From the NCBI RefSeq assembly GCF_009914755.1, contig NC_060943.1: a DNA stretch of 64,000 nucleotides; one strand, written 5' to 3'. The DNA is from the human T2T-CHM13v2.0 reference genome, Homo sapiens. Below the pieces are notes generated by a model. It ran no database searches and was not told the origin of the DNA. It worked only from the letters and a program-made list of their open reading frames with translations. Of this stretch, positions 13,111 through 25,692 are shown in pieces (position 1 is the first letter of the stretch; each line of letters begins with the position of its first letter). A program made the translations under genes and the position numbers.

Positions 13111-13555
13111 ACATCCAAAGAACATGAAAAATGTAAATCAGGGAAAACAAAACAGCAACATCATCATTTTCACGTGGACACTGGCAAACTTTCTCTTCTC
13201 TAGGGTAAAAGTGGAGAAGGTTTGGGATGTGAATAGCAGTATTTGTTGGTAGCAGAAGGCCATGATATGATTCACACGTTTTCCTGCTCTCAGAGAAATG
13301 ATCACTCCATTCACACATGAAAAGAGCCTGAGGCTCAGCACTTTTAACTTACCTCCAACAAAGGCAATGCTTAGTTTTTAATTGTGTGACTTCAAAGCCA
13401 ACCTTTGTGTTTGAGGGATTAAATTAGTTATAGAGAACACTGAAGGTTTTTTTTTTTTTCCCACTCTGCAATGTTTTGCAATGAGACCTTTTGGAATTCT
13501 TCTTCGGATTATTAAGAAACAATAGTACGTACATGGGAACTCTTCAGCTAAAAAG

Positions 13556-13698
13556 CCTTCCTTCCTTTCTTTCTTTCTTTCTTCCTTTCTTTCTTCTTTC
13601 TTTCTTTCTTTCCTTCCTTCCTTCCTTCCTTCCTTGCTTTCTTTCTTTCTCTCTGTCTCTCTCTCTCTTTCTTTCTTTCTCTCTCTCTCTTTCTTTTT
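13556..13698. repeat. (CTTT)n/(CCTT)n/(CT)n compound polypyrimidine microsatellite
   Basis: Direct inspection. Confidence 0.95.
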
Positions 13699-13924
13699 GC
13701 TACCATCTCAGGGGAGCTTTGCTCACTGTAGTTTTCACTACAGTCACATCAAAAGTTCCTTGAAAGTACAGCTGCATTCTCATATTCACATCATCTATAC
13801 CTGGGTTTTCCATACATACAATTAAACATGAGCCATCATTTGGGTTTAGAACATGCAGTAACTGTTTCTCCATGTCTTTGCAGTCTTCTTTTGGAAACAC
13901 CAAGTTGTGAACCTCTGCATTTGA

Positions 13925-14085
13925 CAGCAGAAGTCCACAGTTTAAACCTTGGGTTTGTCACTTTTTCACTGAGTAGCCATGGCCATGAGGTTTCACTTCT
14001 CTGAGCCTCAGTATCCCCAGAGGTCATACACAGAGGAGCTAAGGACCGGGGAGATGTAAAAGTGCTTTGAAAGCTCTAAAGCAAT
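13925..14085 (+). mobile_element. MIR/MIR3 fragment
   Basis: CACTTCTCTGAGCCTCAGT...ATGTAAAAGTGCTTTGAAAGCTCTAAAG. Confidence 0.6.
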
Positions 14086-14169
14086 AAAGAAGTTTGAGTT
14101 AAAACTCCCTCTAGCGTTTTGTCTGCAGTAAAGTGGCATCAAATGTGTTTATAAAGGTTGACCTTTTCG

Positions 14170-14500
<331 letters not shown>

Positions 14501-15979
14501 TTAGTGAAGCCCCATGAACATTCCTGGTTCTTTCTCTAACACCAGCATTTCTTACTAGGTTCTCAGAGCTCCTGATATATTAGTTTTTCACAGTCCTGAA
14601 TTGAAGGAGAAGTTGAGGGCAGCATTCCAGAGGCAAAGTTAGGTCACCCAGATTTGCATCCTTGCACTGATGTTTTCTAACCATGTGATCATTAAGAAAG
14701 TAACATGTGCTTTGAGCCTGGGTGCTGCCGTCCACCTTATAAAGATAATATCAGTGCCAATCTTACCAGGCTATTTACATATAGTACTTAACACCATGGC
14801 TGGCAAAGATGACAGTCAGCAAGTGGTAGTTACCAATGGTGGATCGCAACAACGCTGACTTGATTAATTGAGGTCTAGCTTTGTTTCTGCATCTCTGCTC
14901 GATAGTTTCCTCATCTGGTCCACACTCAGCTTCCCTAGGAAAATTTAAGGTCTAGCATCTTCTAAAATTCTCTAGCACCTCATTTGCATAAACCAAGTTT
15001 AAGAATTATTTGGGCAATGGGGGAAGACACAAAACGCTTCCTTATATTTCTACCTTAGTAGAACTGATGATGACAAACAGGAAAACAACCTTACTTATTT
15101 ATTAATGCAGAACAAATAATCAAAACATTGAAAACCAACCTTACAGGAAGTTTACAAATGTAGAAAAGAAATAAAGAGTACTCTGGAAACATAGGAGGTG
15201 ATGTCCTTGTTCCTTTGTCTGAAACAAAAATGTGCTGCCTGTCTGCAATTCCCTATTAGCAAACCATGTGGAGAGAGATGACCAGGTGAGTTCTGACTAT
15301 TGACTTCCTCCCATTCCATTGAAAAGAAAAACATTTAGGTTTTTTTGTTGATATTCACGATTGGACTTTTTATGCACTTGAAACCTCCCCAAGGGGGTTA
15401 AAACCCCACCAACATTCCATGTCTAAAGCAAACATTTGTTCTTCTACGAAGGGCTCTCAGAGGCATGTTTATTGTCGAGGTCAATATCTCCTGCCCTGAC
15501 TTTCCCTTGCCAAAACACGTTTCCAAAGCATCAGATCTGACACTTCGTTGTAGCATTTGCAGTGTGACAGTCCTGCTGCTTTCACCCATGGACAGCTAGC
15601 TTGCTAGTTTTATTTTGCACTTTGTCTTTTTTTTTCCAATCAATAAAGTTATATGAGTAGTGTTTAAGATGCTACAGTAGATACTGAGGCTGCCAGATAG
15701 TACATGCTAATTAATTTTTAATTATGGCTTTAATTTTATATGATGCCATTTAATTTTATTAGATGTATTAAAGTGAAGCTGTCAGATCACAGGATCTACT
15801 GCTTGGGCCAGGGTGAGAAATGTCCCAGGGGCTGCATGCAGGTGTGTGACATCATTAAGAATGTCGTAAGTGGGTGTCTGCTGCAATGTGCATATTATGC
15901 ACATAAATGTCACATATGCCTGAGTGGATGAAGCGGCTTCCTCTCAGGCAACCTGTGAAGTTCTGGAACCACTTTGCTC

Positions 15980-16120
15980 AGTGCAGTTCAAAGACTGCCT
16001 GGGACACTGAGCTGCAAGCTGCAAGTTAGATCCTGTGTTGCCACCGACTGGCCTTGTGGCCTTGGTTAACCATGGTATTTTGCTTTCCTGAGCCTCAGAT
16101 TCTCCATCAGTAAACTGATC
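15980..16120 (+). mobile_element. MIR fragment
   Basis: GTGGCCTTGGTTAA...CTGAGCCTCAGATTCTCCATCAGTAAA. Confidence 0.55.
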
Positions 16121-16206
16121 ACCTTATGCTTTTGCTTTTTGAAAAAAATAAAAAGCAATACACTAGCTATGATTGTTGGCATTAACCTCCCTGCCCCTAG
16201 AAATTG

Positions 16207-16271
16207 AAAGGAAAGAGGGAGGGAGGGAAAGAGGGAGAGAGGGAAGGAGGGAGGAAGGAAAGGAAGGGGAA
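16207..16271. repeat. Polypurine (GGGA/GGAA)n tract with a G-quadruplex motif
   Basis: GGGAGGGAGGGAAAGAGGG at 16217-16235. Confidence 0.85.
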
Positions 16272-16289
16272 TGAGCTCTAAGGGCCGGT

Positions 16290-16636
16290 GTCGGTGGTTT
16301 GCTCCATCTCTTGGGATTCCCTCCCCTCGGCTTCCGTTTGCTTTATCTTCCAGCAGCCCAAATGCTGCCTTCAGGTTAGGGCCACTTTACCTTCAAGAGC
16401 AGAGGCTGGAAGTGTGTTTGTGCCACATCCACAAATTCCCAGGTGTAATTTATATAGCAGAGTCCTCCTCAGCATCAGGCTGCAGCTGTAACTTCTGAAG
16501 CACCATCTTTGCTGGGCTCCTCTTCTTTGAGTCCACTCCCCGACTTCCTATGGGGTCCCCCACAGCATATTTTCTTAGTAAATTCCCTGCATACAAATCC
16601 TTGACTCAATAAATGTGGAAAAGTGTGCCTAAGACA
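16290..16636 (+). mobile_element. ERVL LTR16-family fragment
   Basis: CTTAGTAAATTCCCTGCATACAAATCC...CCTAAGACA 3' terminus. Confidence 0.6.
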
Positions 16637-17748
16637 GGGAAAAAGAACTGGGAAGACAGATCAGGTCACAGGCCAAGAGAAACATTTTTTATCCAACCAC
16701 AGCAGGAAAAGCAGAGACATTTTACACCAAGACTTCTTCATTAATTGACATGTTTGTGTGTGTGAGTGTGTAGATGTGCATGTGTGTGCTGAATGCTGAA
16801 CACTGTTCTCTTATTGTAGCAGGCTTTAAAGCTCCCAACAAAGGAATCAAGAGGGATGGAATGGCATTGAGATAACATCCGACTGTCTGATGAAATGGTG
16901 CTGTCAGAGGGAATCTGTATTCCTGTGCAAGAACTGCTTGCCTGGATTTCCAGGACTGGCCACAAAAATGCTGCATGGAGTCAACCATTAATCAAACAGA
17001 AAGGACTCACCTGCATAGAAAATAGACTATGGAGCTTCCTATAGTGAAACATAAATCAATTGGTCAGAGCAATGGCATAAAATTGTATTGAATGTGCTTC
17101 AAAATGGCAGAGAAACGTGCAAGGTTACATACTATCTTAATTTCTACCTTGCTTCATTTCCATGAGGCAGAAGCAACACACTCTTCAGACGCATGGAATT
17201 TGGAAAGACTACTTTCAAGAGATCTTTGATAGTCCTCTGTGAGCATACTTATGTCTGCCTGAGAGACATCCATTCAAGGCTTGTTTTGCTGCCTTCTTTT
17301 TGCTGATCTCTTTTGATTCAGATGGATGATTCATGCTGTCTCCTCCAGGAAGTCCCTGATCTTCTGGATAGAATGAATGACTCTCCTGCCATGTGCCCTC
17401 CCACTTTGATTGCATTTTTCTGGAGGCACCCTGTCCTTACACTATTGACTGGGTACATGTATGTCTCTTAAAATAAAACTCTTCTCAATTCATGCGTTCA
17501 TTTAACTGACAGTTACCAAGGACACTGAATGGTAAACATGCAGACCCTTCATCCAGACACACTACTCTGTCAGCTGTGTGTCCACACACTTTCCAAGCAT
17601 GGGGTTATCAGAGGTGAACAAGGCACTGAGGTTCCTGCCTGGGGAAACCTACTGAGGGGAGAAAGTCAGTAAATGAAATAATTCCTGTGGGTGATAAGAG
17701 CCACAACAGAAATGAAATAGTGATGTGATAGGAAGTGGCTATGAAGAA

Positions 17749-18457
17749 TTTAACTGCTTGACAAGTTCTTCCTGCCCACTGCACCCACGAAACCATTCAC
17801 TGAGACTGTGGTGTTGCAGTAAAGAAAGCTTAATAGACGTGAGGCCAGCCACACGGAAGAGGGAGTTATCACTTAAATCAGTCTCCCCGAAGGCTTGTGG
17901 AGGTTAGAGTTTCTCAAGGATAGTTCAGCGAGCAGGAGAGGGAAGGGGGAATGTTGGTTGGTTGGGAATGAAATCATAGGGGTTTGAAAAACAGTCCTCA
18001 TGCACTGAGTTCTCCTATGGGTGGGGCCACAGGACCAGTTGAGTCATGAGTCGAGGGTCTAGGTGGAGTCAGTTGGTTGCCAAAACTACAAAAGTATGAA
18101 AACGCATCTCAAAAGGCCAAACTTGGGTCCTGCAATAGTGATGTTATCTACAGGAGCAACTGGGTAGGTCACAAATGTGACTTTGGAAACAATGGCTGGT
18201 TATTGTTTGACTATGCCTATGTCTTAGCAGAATTCAGTCCCTCATAATCCTAATCTTGTGGGCTTTTATTTTTTTAAAGGTGGCTTCGTTTTAAGAAAGG
18301 TTATTATCATCCTTGTTTTAAACTATCAACTACATTCTTTCCATGGTTAGCCTGGCCTATGCCCAGGAATGAGCGAGGACAGGCTGCAGATGAGAAGCAA
18401 GATGGAGTCAGCCATACTGTTTCTCTGATGGTCATATTCTTTGCAGAGGTGGTTACA
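17749..18457 (-). mobile_element. ERV1 solo LTR, LTR8 family (LTR8A/B-like), about 710 bp
   Basis: Minus strand starts TGTAACCACCTCTGCAAAG...GACTCCATCTTGCTTCT and ends ...GGGCAGGAAGAAC; AP-1 motif TGAGTCA at 18040-18046. Confidence 0.85.
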
Positions 18458-18469
18458 GGAACTGGGGTT

Positions 18470-18720
18470 CAGGAACAGTTCAAGGAGGGGACATTTTAGC
18501 TGAGAATGAGGCAGCCATGAGAAGGGGGTGCAGGGGAGAGTGAGCCAGGGAGAGGGAAAAAGAATTGAAACTTCCTGGAACAGGGGAGGAACAGTATGGC
18601 TGAGGCCTGGGGGCAGGGTGAAAGTAACCAGGAAGTAAGGTCAGGAGGGTGGGCAGGGGTCAGCCTGGCAGGACCTTGTGTCCCTGGGGAGGAGCTTAGC
18701 TTGCTGGTGCCAAATGACCA
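18470..18720 (-). mobile_element. L2 fragment
   Basis: Purine-rich L2-like segment (GAGGCAGCCATGAGAAG...GGCAGGGGTCAGCCTGGCAGGACCTTG). Confidence 0.5.
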
Positions 18721-19105
18721 GGCTGGACATCTTTTTTGTGTCCTTTGCATGATCTGTCCTTGAGAGATGACCAGAAAGGTGTGACCAAGTACCTGGATAG
18801 TTTCAAGTGCTGTAAGTTAACAGGTGAGGACAGATCAGAGCGTAGGCTACCCCTTCAAGCTGGCAACATTCCCTTGACTAAAGCTTTCAGCGGAGACCTA
18901 TGATTTCCACAGTCAGAAGACACGCTAGACGAAGGGCGTCCATCCAGTCTCAGCCCAGAGTGTATAGCCTCCTCGCAAGGCTCTCACTCCAGGTCACACT
19001 CTCCAGACTCATATCCTAGCCTGAATTTTTTTTTTCCGTTGCTTCAACTCAGAAGTAGCGACTGCATCTTGCTGGCTCCTATGCCAGGTGTGCAGCAAAC
19101 ACTAA

Positions 19106-19345
19106 ATCAGGAGGTGCAGACTCACATGCTGTGTGGGACCAGGTGAGTGGCATGGACGAGCAGGACCTGAGCATCTGGGAGGAAGACCCTGGCAGCAGGA
19201 GGAAGCTTGCCGACAACTCGGACATGTCAACCCAGCACTGGCAAAACTTCTGACTTCTCATAGAAGCTGGAAATCCATGTGATTACATAAGTTCCTTGGA
19301 TTCGTAAATATTGATAATTAGTTCACATTCTTAACACTGTGTGTG
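19106..19345 (+). mobile_element. hAT MITE (MER103C-like)
   Basis: CTTCTGACTTCTCATAGAAGCTGGAAATCC...AAATATTGATAATTAGTTCA...AACACTGTG; assignment from recalled consensus. Confidence 0.45.
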
Positions 19346-20036
19346 TTGAATATGTCTATTTGCCAAATAGTAAGAAGAACAAACATAGTAGTAAGAAAGT
19401 GCCAGGCGTTCTTGGAAGCATTTCCACATATAGCAACCTAAATAACCCTGACAACTCTCCGAGGAGGCACCAAGAGTGCCTGGCACTTTTTAATAACTCT
19501 GTTTTCATGTTACTCTGCTGTTACTTAGGGCATAACATTTTCACTAGACTTTCTGGAGAATATAGTCAATTATGAATGCTCCAACGCTCTGCATCACTAT
19601 CTAGACAAACTGAATGCCATTTCACATGTGCACTAGTCTGCATGGAGAAGTACTAAAATTTTAAGCTTGGACTTGTGTTCCTAATTTCCTATTTCTAGTG
19701 CATTAAGAGATGATGGGCATTTTAATTTTCCAAAAGCAATGCTAGTATTCAGCGGCAACATGCTACGTCTACCACACAGTACAGTGAATAGCAGAACTAC
19801 AAAGGTGGGAGGTGTAAGTGAATTCCTATTGGACCTTCCCAATAAGTTGTCTTTTTTGTGCCCTGGGCACTTCTCTTGCCTCACCTTAGCATCTCCTCTT
19901 CTGTAGGAAACAACCCTGCAAGGTAGAAATGATTATGCTCATTTGCTGATGAGAGGATGAGCTTTGGAGAGTGGCTTAGCTCACCCAAAGACACAAAATT
20001 AGGTTCCCAGTCCTATGACCCTATCCACTGTACAAC

Positions 20037-20408
20037 CCTTTTGAGATGTCTTTTTAGACGTTTGCAATTTTGGCAACCAACTGACCCTACCACCCACACC
20101 TCAGACTCATGACTCAGCTGGTCCTGTGGCCCCACCCAGAGGTGAACTCAGTGCATGAGGATTGTTTTTCACACCCCTATGATTTCATTTTCAACCAATC
20201 AACATTCCTCCTTCCCTCCTCTGCTCATCGAACTAGTCTTGAAAAACTCTAACCTCCACAAGCCTTCAGGGAGACTGATTTAAGTGATAACTCTCTCTTC
20301 CATGTGGCTGGCCTCATGTCTATTAAGCTGTTTTTACTGCAACACCATGGTCTTGGTGAATGGTTTCGTCAGTGCACTGGGCAGGAAAAATTTTTCAAGA
20401 AGTTGTCA
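20037..20408 (+). mobile_element. LTR8-family LTR, 3' half only
   Basis: Reverse complement aligns along its whole length to 17749-18116; TGACTCA at 20110-20116. Confidence 0.85.
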
Positions 20409-20469
20409 AACTTAAATAGTAGCAAATGAGTGAATAAGGAAATTCCCTGCTGTCATACACATAACCTCC

Positions 20470-20610
20470 ATAACATGTGACCTAGGACACATTTTCTAGA
20501 TGGGGAAACTGAAGTACAGAGAGATTAAGGAATTTGCCTCAGCCATTCAGTGAGGCAGTGAGATGCTGGGATTTGAGGAAGCTATGTAGCTCTAGAAGCC
20601 TGCTCTTTGG
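20470..20610 (-). mobile_element. MIR
   Basis: TTTTCTAGATGGGGAAACTGAAGTACAGAGAGATTAAG. Confidence 0.7.
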
Positions 20611-20944
20611 GGCTAAACTGTCTGCAGGTTCAGTGTGGACAGCCTCTGCCTAGAGTGCATGGCACCCGTGTGGCAGGAAATCAGCCAAAAAACCAGAGCT
20701 GCATGAGCCTGGGCCAGAAGCCTCATGAGTGGAGAGGGGCCTTGGACACTCAGGTCTTCTCAGGGCCCAGAAAGACAGGTACATCACACAGGCTTCCCTG
20801 CCAGAGTCTGAACTCCTCAAAGCAAACACCTACTTTCTACAATTGCCAGGGCAGTGCCCCATTCACGTGGCATCTGTGCTGTTTCAGCAAGGCAACATGA
20901 GGCCATCATGAGCTCCATCATGCACCTGCAGAATGACCTTGGGT

Positions 20945-21135
20945 TGTACAGTGGTTAGGGACGTAGGGCTGGGAGGCTAACTCCAGGCTCTGCGACCTTT
21001 GTGTCCTTGGATAAACTAAGCCACTCTCCAAAGCTCATTTCCTCATTAGTAAATGAGTATAATCATATCTACCTTGCAGGGATGTTTTCTGGAAGGGGAG
21101 ATGCTAAGGTGAGGCAAGAGAGGTGCCTGGGGCAC
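20945..21135 (+). mobile_element. MIR
   Basis: CAGTGGTTAGG...GTGTCCTTGGATAA...TTTCCTCATTAGTAAATGAG...TACCTTGCAGGG. Confidence 0.65.
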
Positions 21136-23282
21136 AAAAACTGACAGTAGCCAGCCCTGCACTTGCAGGAGCCTAAGAGTGAGGGTCTCCTTACATTTCA
21201 CACCCAGGGCAGCACTCTTGCCTTACCTCAGCAGGCCCTGAAAGTGGTGGATGATGCAGGTGGAGGGTACTTGGCATGGTGCATGGCGCACAATGGGAAC
21301 CTGCAAAGGGCATTCCCAACCCCCTGGGAAGCCCTGAGCCTCCTGCCTCATGAACCAGGCCAGACCGTCATCAGGCACTGTGAATGCCTGGAGTTGATGG
21401 CAGCCATGGCTCCTTTCACAGTGCGCTGCCGGCTCTGGGGATGCTGTTTGGCTGTGTCCTTCAGCCTGAAAAATAGCTCTGAGTGATAAGCCCTCCTGCC
21501 CGATTTCTTGCAGTTGACAAACAATGCTGCCTTGAAAACAGCTAATTTCGAAAGGAGAGAATTATACAGGGACGTGTTTCCTCCCTCAGAGCATTCTGGG
21601 AAAAGCCATGGCACCACTGCTTACCTAACAGGTTGAGGCAACAGGGAATACAGGTGGGGGGCTTGGGGGAATGGCTGTGATCAGTGCTGCCAATTCCCAG
21701 CTGCCGGGCTGCACTCCACCCAAAACTGCACACCCAGTACGTGGTGCTGTGCCCCAGAGAAAGTGCCCACATAACACCACAGACACCTTTCCCCATCCAT
21801 TTGGCCCATATCTCTGGAGTGTGAGCTCTGCGTCAGGCAGTGGGCTAGGCGCAGAAACAGAATGGTACGGCCCTCGTCCCTGGGCAGCTCACAGACGAGA
21901 CAGGCACTTAAATCAAGGCAGCACATGATTCACTGCTATGAGGGAGAGACAGACAGGTGCGTCACACAGGCTCTCCCCTGCCAGAGTCTAAACTCCTCAA
22001 AGCAAACACCTACTCTCTACATCTGTGCATGAGTAACGAGAGCTGAGGGCACAATAGATGGCCAACAAAAATCTGTCAATTAAAAATGCAGTGAGCAACA
22101 ATGCAAGGGACTCCAAATTTAGAAACCACAATGCAAACAGTCACCAGATAAAGAATCATTTATAAAAAGAACCTTTACAAGTTTCAAGTACTTGAGATGT
22201 GGTCCCTGTAAATCCCCACCACCCTCACATGGTGTTTAAAAACAAAAGAGATACTGGTGGCATCCACAGCCTTCCAGAGCCTGGAAACTGGGAAATAAAG
22301 TTGCCCTTCCTGGTGGGGAGTCAAGGCCATGGTGAGATTTAGTGAAAATTCATACAAATTGTCTTGCTGTGAGACAAGGAATTAGCCCTTCTGGGGAGAG
22401 CTGTGCCTCCTTAAGGGCTTTAAAACAAAAACAAAAAACTGGGGTCAGAATAGTGGTAGCAACCAAGACACTCTGGAGGTGACTGTGGCTCCAAAGCACG
22501 GCGGGGAGACCAGCGGGTGGGGAATGACCTTCTGGCTGGGTTGGGTCCAAGCCTGCTTATTTCCTAGGACTCCGTGCAGGTCATTCCAGCTACGAGCTTT
22601 GGGCACATTTCCAAAGCTGATATCTTTGTGGCGGCTTGGGAAAGAGGCCAGGCTCTTGGGCCTCCTCTGCCAAAACAAGGTTGTAAAATGAGTCTGCTGG
22701 TTTCATACTGGGATGAGAAGAGGAGCGTGCAGGACGTAAAAAAAAAAACAAAAAAAAATTAAAACTCTGAAGAACGTTGAAGAATTGAGCAATTACAAAC
22801 ATACGAATGGATGCATTAGGAATGACAGTCATAATTATTCCCTGAATTTATACAACCTAGACCACTTTGCATTTCACACATATTATCTCATTAATTCTCA
22901 TTTTAATAGTTTAAAATTGAGTTTGTGTGCATGTGAGTTTTCCTGGAAGCTTCATAACCATGGTGGGTGATTTTCACAGGACCACGGAAGCCTTTGCAGA
23001 GGTTTTATAAAGATTAGTCCTAATTCATGAAGCAAACAAACATCACAGAGGGAAAAACATTAACCTACTGCTCCCTGTCCCCAGAAATCCATGTTGCCCC
23101 TCGGGGTTCCCGCAGGCTCTGCTTGGACTTGCCTTCCCCAAGACCCCAACTCCCATGCCAGGGCTGTGCATCTGCTTCTCACATCCTCAGGAACCCCAGC
23201 AAGACCCACGCCTTGTCATTTATTTCTGAGCCTCTGTGGCCTAGTCCAAAGCTTGTTAAATCTACACATTAATAGCTAATAA

Positions 23283-23383
23283 GTGAGTGAACACAAATGT
23301 GATGAATGCTGTGGTGAGTGAACACTAATGTAATGAATGCTGTGGTATAAGTGAGTGGACACTAACATTGTGAATGCTGTGGT
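23283..23383. repeat. Three tandem copies of a ~31-37-bp unit
   Basis: GTGAGTG(A/G)ACAC(A/T)AA....TGAATGCTGTGGT starting at 23283, 23314 and 23351. Confidence 0.9.
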
Positions 23384-24177
23384 GTAACAAGAAATCTACT
23401 TGTGATCTTTTTCCAGTTCTTGTCTTAGAGTTCCTAAGACCCTTGAAAATTTCTGAGTGATAGGTGCATCTTTTCTTTTTCATAATCAGCCCCTTTCCAT
23501 GACACCTGAATTTATGCTAATGAAGGACTTCTAGGGCCCCTAGATCTTCTCAGGATGGGGCTGGTCCCCAGATAGGCCAAATGAGTTGAACTCTCAGCCC
23601 CTTGAAGACCTCTGGGAAGGGGTAGGGGGCAGGCTGGAAACTAGGCTCTGTAAAAACTCTTCAGCAACAAGATTTGATGAACTTCTGGGTTGCTGAACCC
23701 TTGGAGGTGCTGAGAGGGGGGCACACCCAGAAAGGGCATGGAGGCTCCACCCCAAACCTTACCTTGTGACTCTCCTCCTCTGGCTGTCCATCTGTGTCCA
23801 TGATGACATCCTTTATAATAAAATGGTAAACATGCTTCCGTGAGTTCTGTGAGCCATCCTAGCAAATTAAGCAAACCCAAGGGAGTGGTGGGAATCCCAA
23901 CTTACAGCTGATGGGTCAGACGCATAGATGGCAACTTACTACTTGTAATTGGTATCTGAAGTGGGGGCAGCCTTCTGAGACTGAGCCCTTAGACTGTGGG
24001 ATCTGAGTCTAACTCCAGGTAGAAGGAGTCAGCATAGAATTAAAATACAGGACACCCAGTTGGTGTCTGCTAGAGAATTGCTCGGTGTGTGGGAGGACAC
24101 CCATGCATCTGGCCACCGAAGTGGTCTGCATTGAGTGTGAGAGTAGAGGAAAAGAGAACTTTGATTTTTCCTTGACA
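23378..24177 (+). mobile_element. MER21-family solo LTR
   Basis: TG...CA termini with a perfect 5-bp TSD AATGC (23373-23377 and 24178-24182); MER21-like internal motifs (GAGTTCTGTGAGCCATCCTAGCAAATT, GGACACCCAGTTGGTGTC). Confidence 0.88.
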
Positions 24178-24249
24178 AATGCCCTTGCCATATTTTCTTC
24201 GTTAGGCAGTTTTTTTTACCTTTGAGGTGCTTAAGCCACACAGTCTCAG

Positions 24250-24367
24250 CTAGAATGTCTCCTGAGAGGACTAACCTTGTGTCACGCTTTCCCGTCTGGC
24301 TCTTTCTGCATTTGATAAAGTGACTGACAGATGCTAGGTGCTCAATAAACATCTGTTAAGTTAACTC
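24250..24367 (+). mobile_element. L2 3' end
   Basis: TAGGTGCTCAATAAACATCTGTTAAG. Confidence 0.6.
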
Positions 24368-24454
24368 TGACTTTCTCGTGGTTGGAACAGCTATCATCAG
24401 AGCACACCAAGAGACAGGTTTAGGAGCCTCCATCCTCTTGTATACGTAAGAGGA

Positions 24455-24870
24455 TCTGAGTGGAGGTTCCCCAGAAGCAGATCTGGAGATGAAGATTTGA
24501 GGGCAAGTAGTTTATTTAGATGAAATTAGGAAGAAAAGGGAAAACCACCAGTCAGGTGCAGCTATGGAGCCAGCCACCACCATGGGCGGGTGGAGCTGAA
24601 TCCCGTGGGGAACTCTGGGAGGGCACACAGAGTTTTCCCAGTTGACGGGCCAGCGAGCTGGGGTATTTCTCCACTGGCCCCTGTAGGTCATTTTTAGGCT
24701 ACTCCTAAGGGTGCTGATTCTCAATCACTTCAAACCTGGTAGCATCCTAACAGCCAGAGAAAGGCTTCAGGCCAAAGAACGCAGGTCCTGGCTGTTGGAA
24801 GTCAGAGCAGAGAGCACCGGAATGAGGAGTCCTGTGGGAAGACGGGAGGACTCTGGTGGCATCTGCTACA
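24455..24870 (-). mobile_element. ERVL LTR33-like LTR
   Basis: GGTTCCCCAGAAGCAGA...GCAAGTAGTTTATTT...GGCATCTGCTACA. Confidence 0.65.
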
Positions 24871-25302
24871 ACCACCCTTTAACTAGGACCCACGTGGTGC
24901 ATGGGGCCCAGACCTTGACTGTGAGTCCAGGACTCCACCTCTGGGTAAGAGCTCTCAGGATTTTGCCTCTCTCTTTCCTGCCCCAGGACAAGCAGGGGAC
25001 TCCTCATCTCCCTCTGGCTCCAGAGCTTCATGGCAGGAGTAAAAACTGTCTGCCAGGGCCCTGTGGTAGAAAGGGGAATACCAGCTCAGGATACAGGGGT
25101 CCTGCTTATGCCTTAGTCCTGCCTCTAATGAGCTGTATGGCTGGATCAATGGCTCACCCTCCCTGGGTAGAGACTGAAGGCAGTTGGTCTGGTTCATAAG
25201 AGCCCTTCCTTTTTGCCCTGGTCCTGGGCAGCAGACTGTATGGTTCCCCTCTCTGGATGGCCGTCTTTCTCCATAGATATTCTGTATTATCATTATTATT
25301 AA

Positions 25303-25575
<273 letters not shown>

Positions 25576-25577
25576 GC

Positions 25578-25630
25578 AAATTACCCAGTCTCAGTTATTT
25601 CTTTATAGCAACAGGAGAACAAACTAATAC
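25578..25630 (+). mobile_element. MST LTR, 3'-terminal remnant
   Basis: AAATTACCCAGTCTCAGTTATTTCTTTATAGCAA...ACTAATAC. Confidence 0.75.
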
Positions 25631-25692
25631 CTTTAGGTTTTAAGATAAGCTGAAAATAAAATAACTCAAGTGGGATTCAAGGTGGTCTTTGG

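Noticed and set aside
14982-14989. Octamer ATTTGCAT; also the CRE TGACGTCA at 55807 and REST half-sites near 15588 and 41302
   Set aside because: Isolated short motifs expected by chance in 64 kb, with no supporting context.
17749-20408. Possible provirus bounded by two LTR8 copies
   Set aside because: The copies are inverted, one is half length, and the spacer holds L2, MIR and hAT fragments rather than gag/pol/env.
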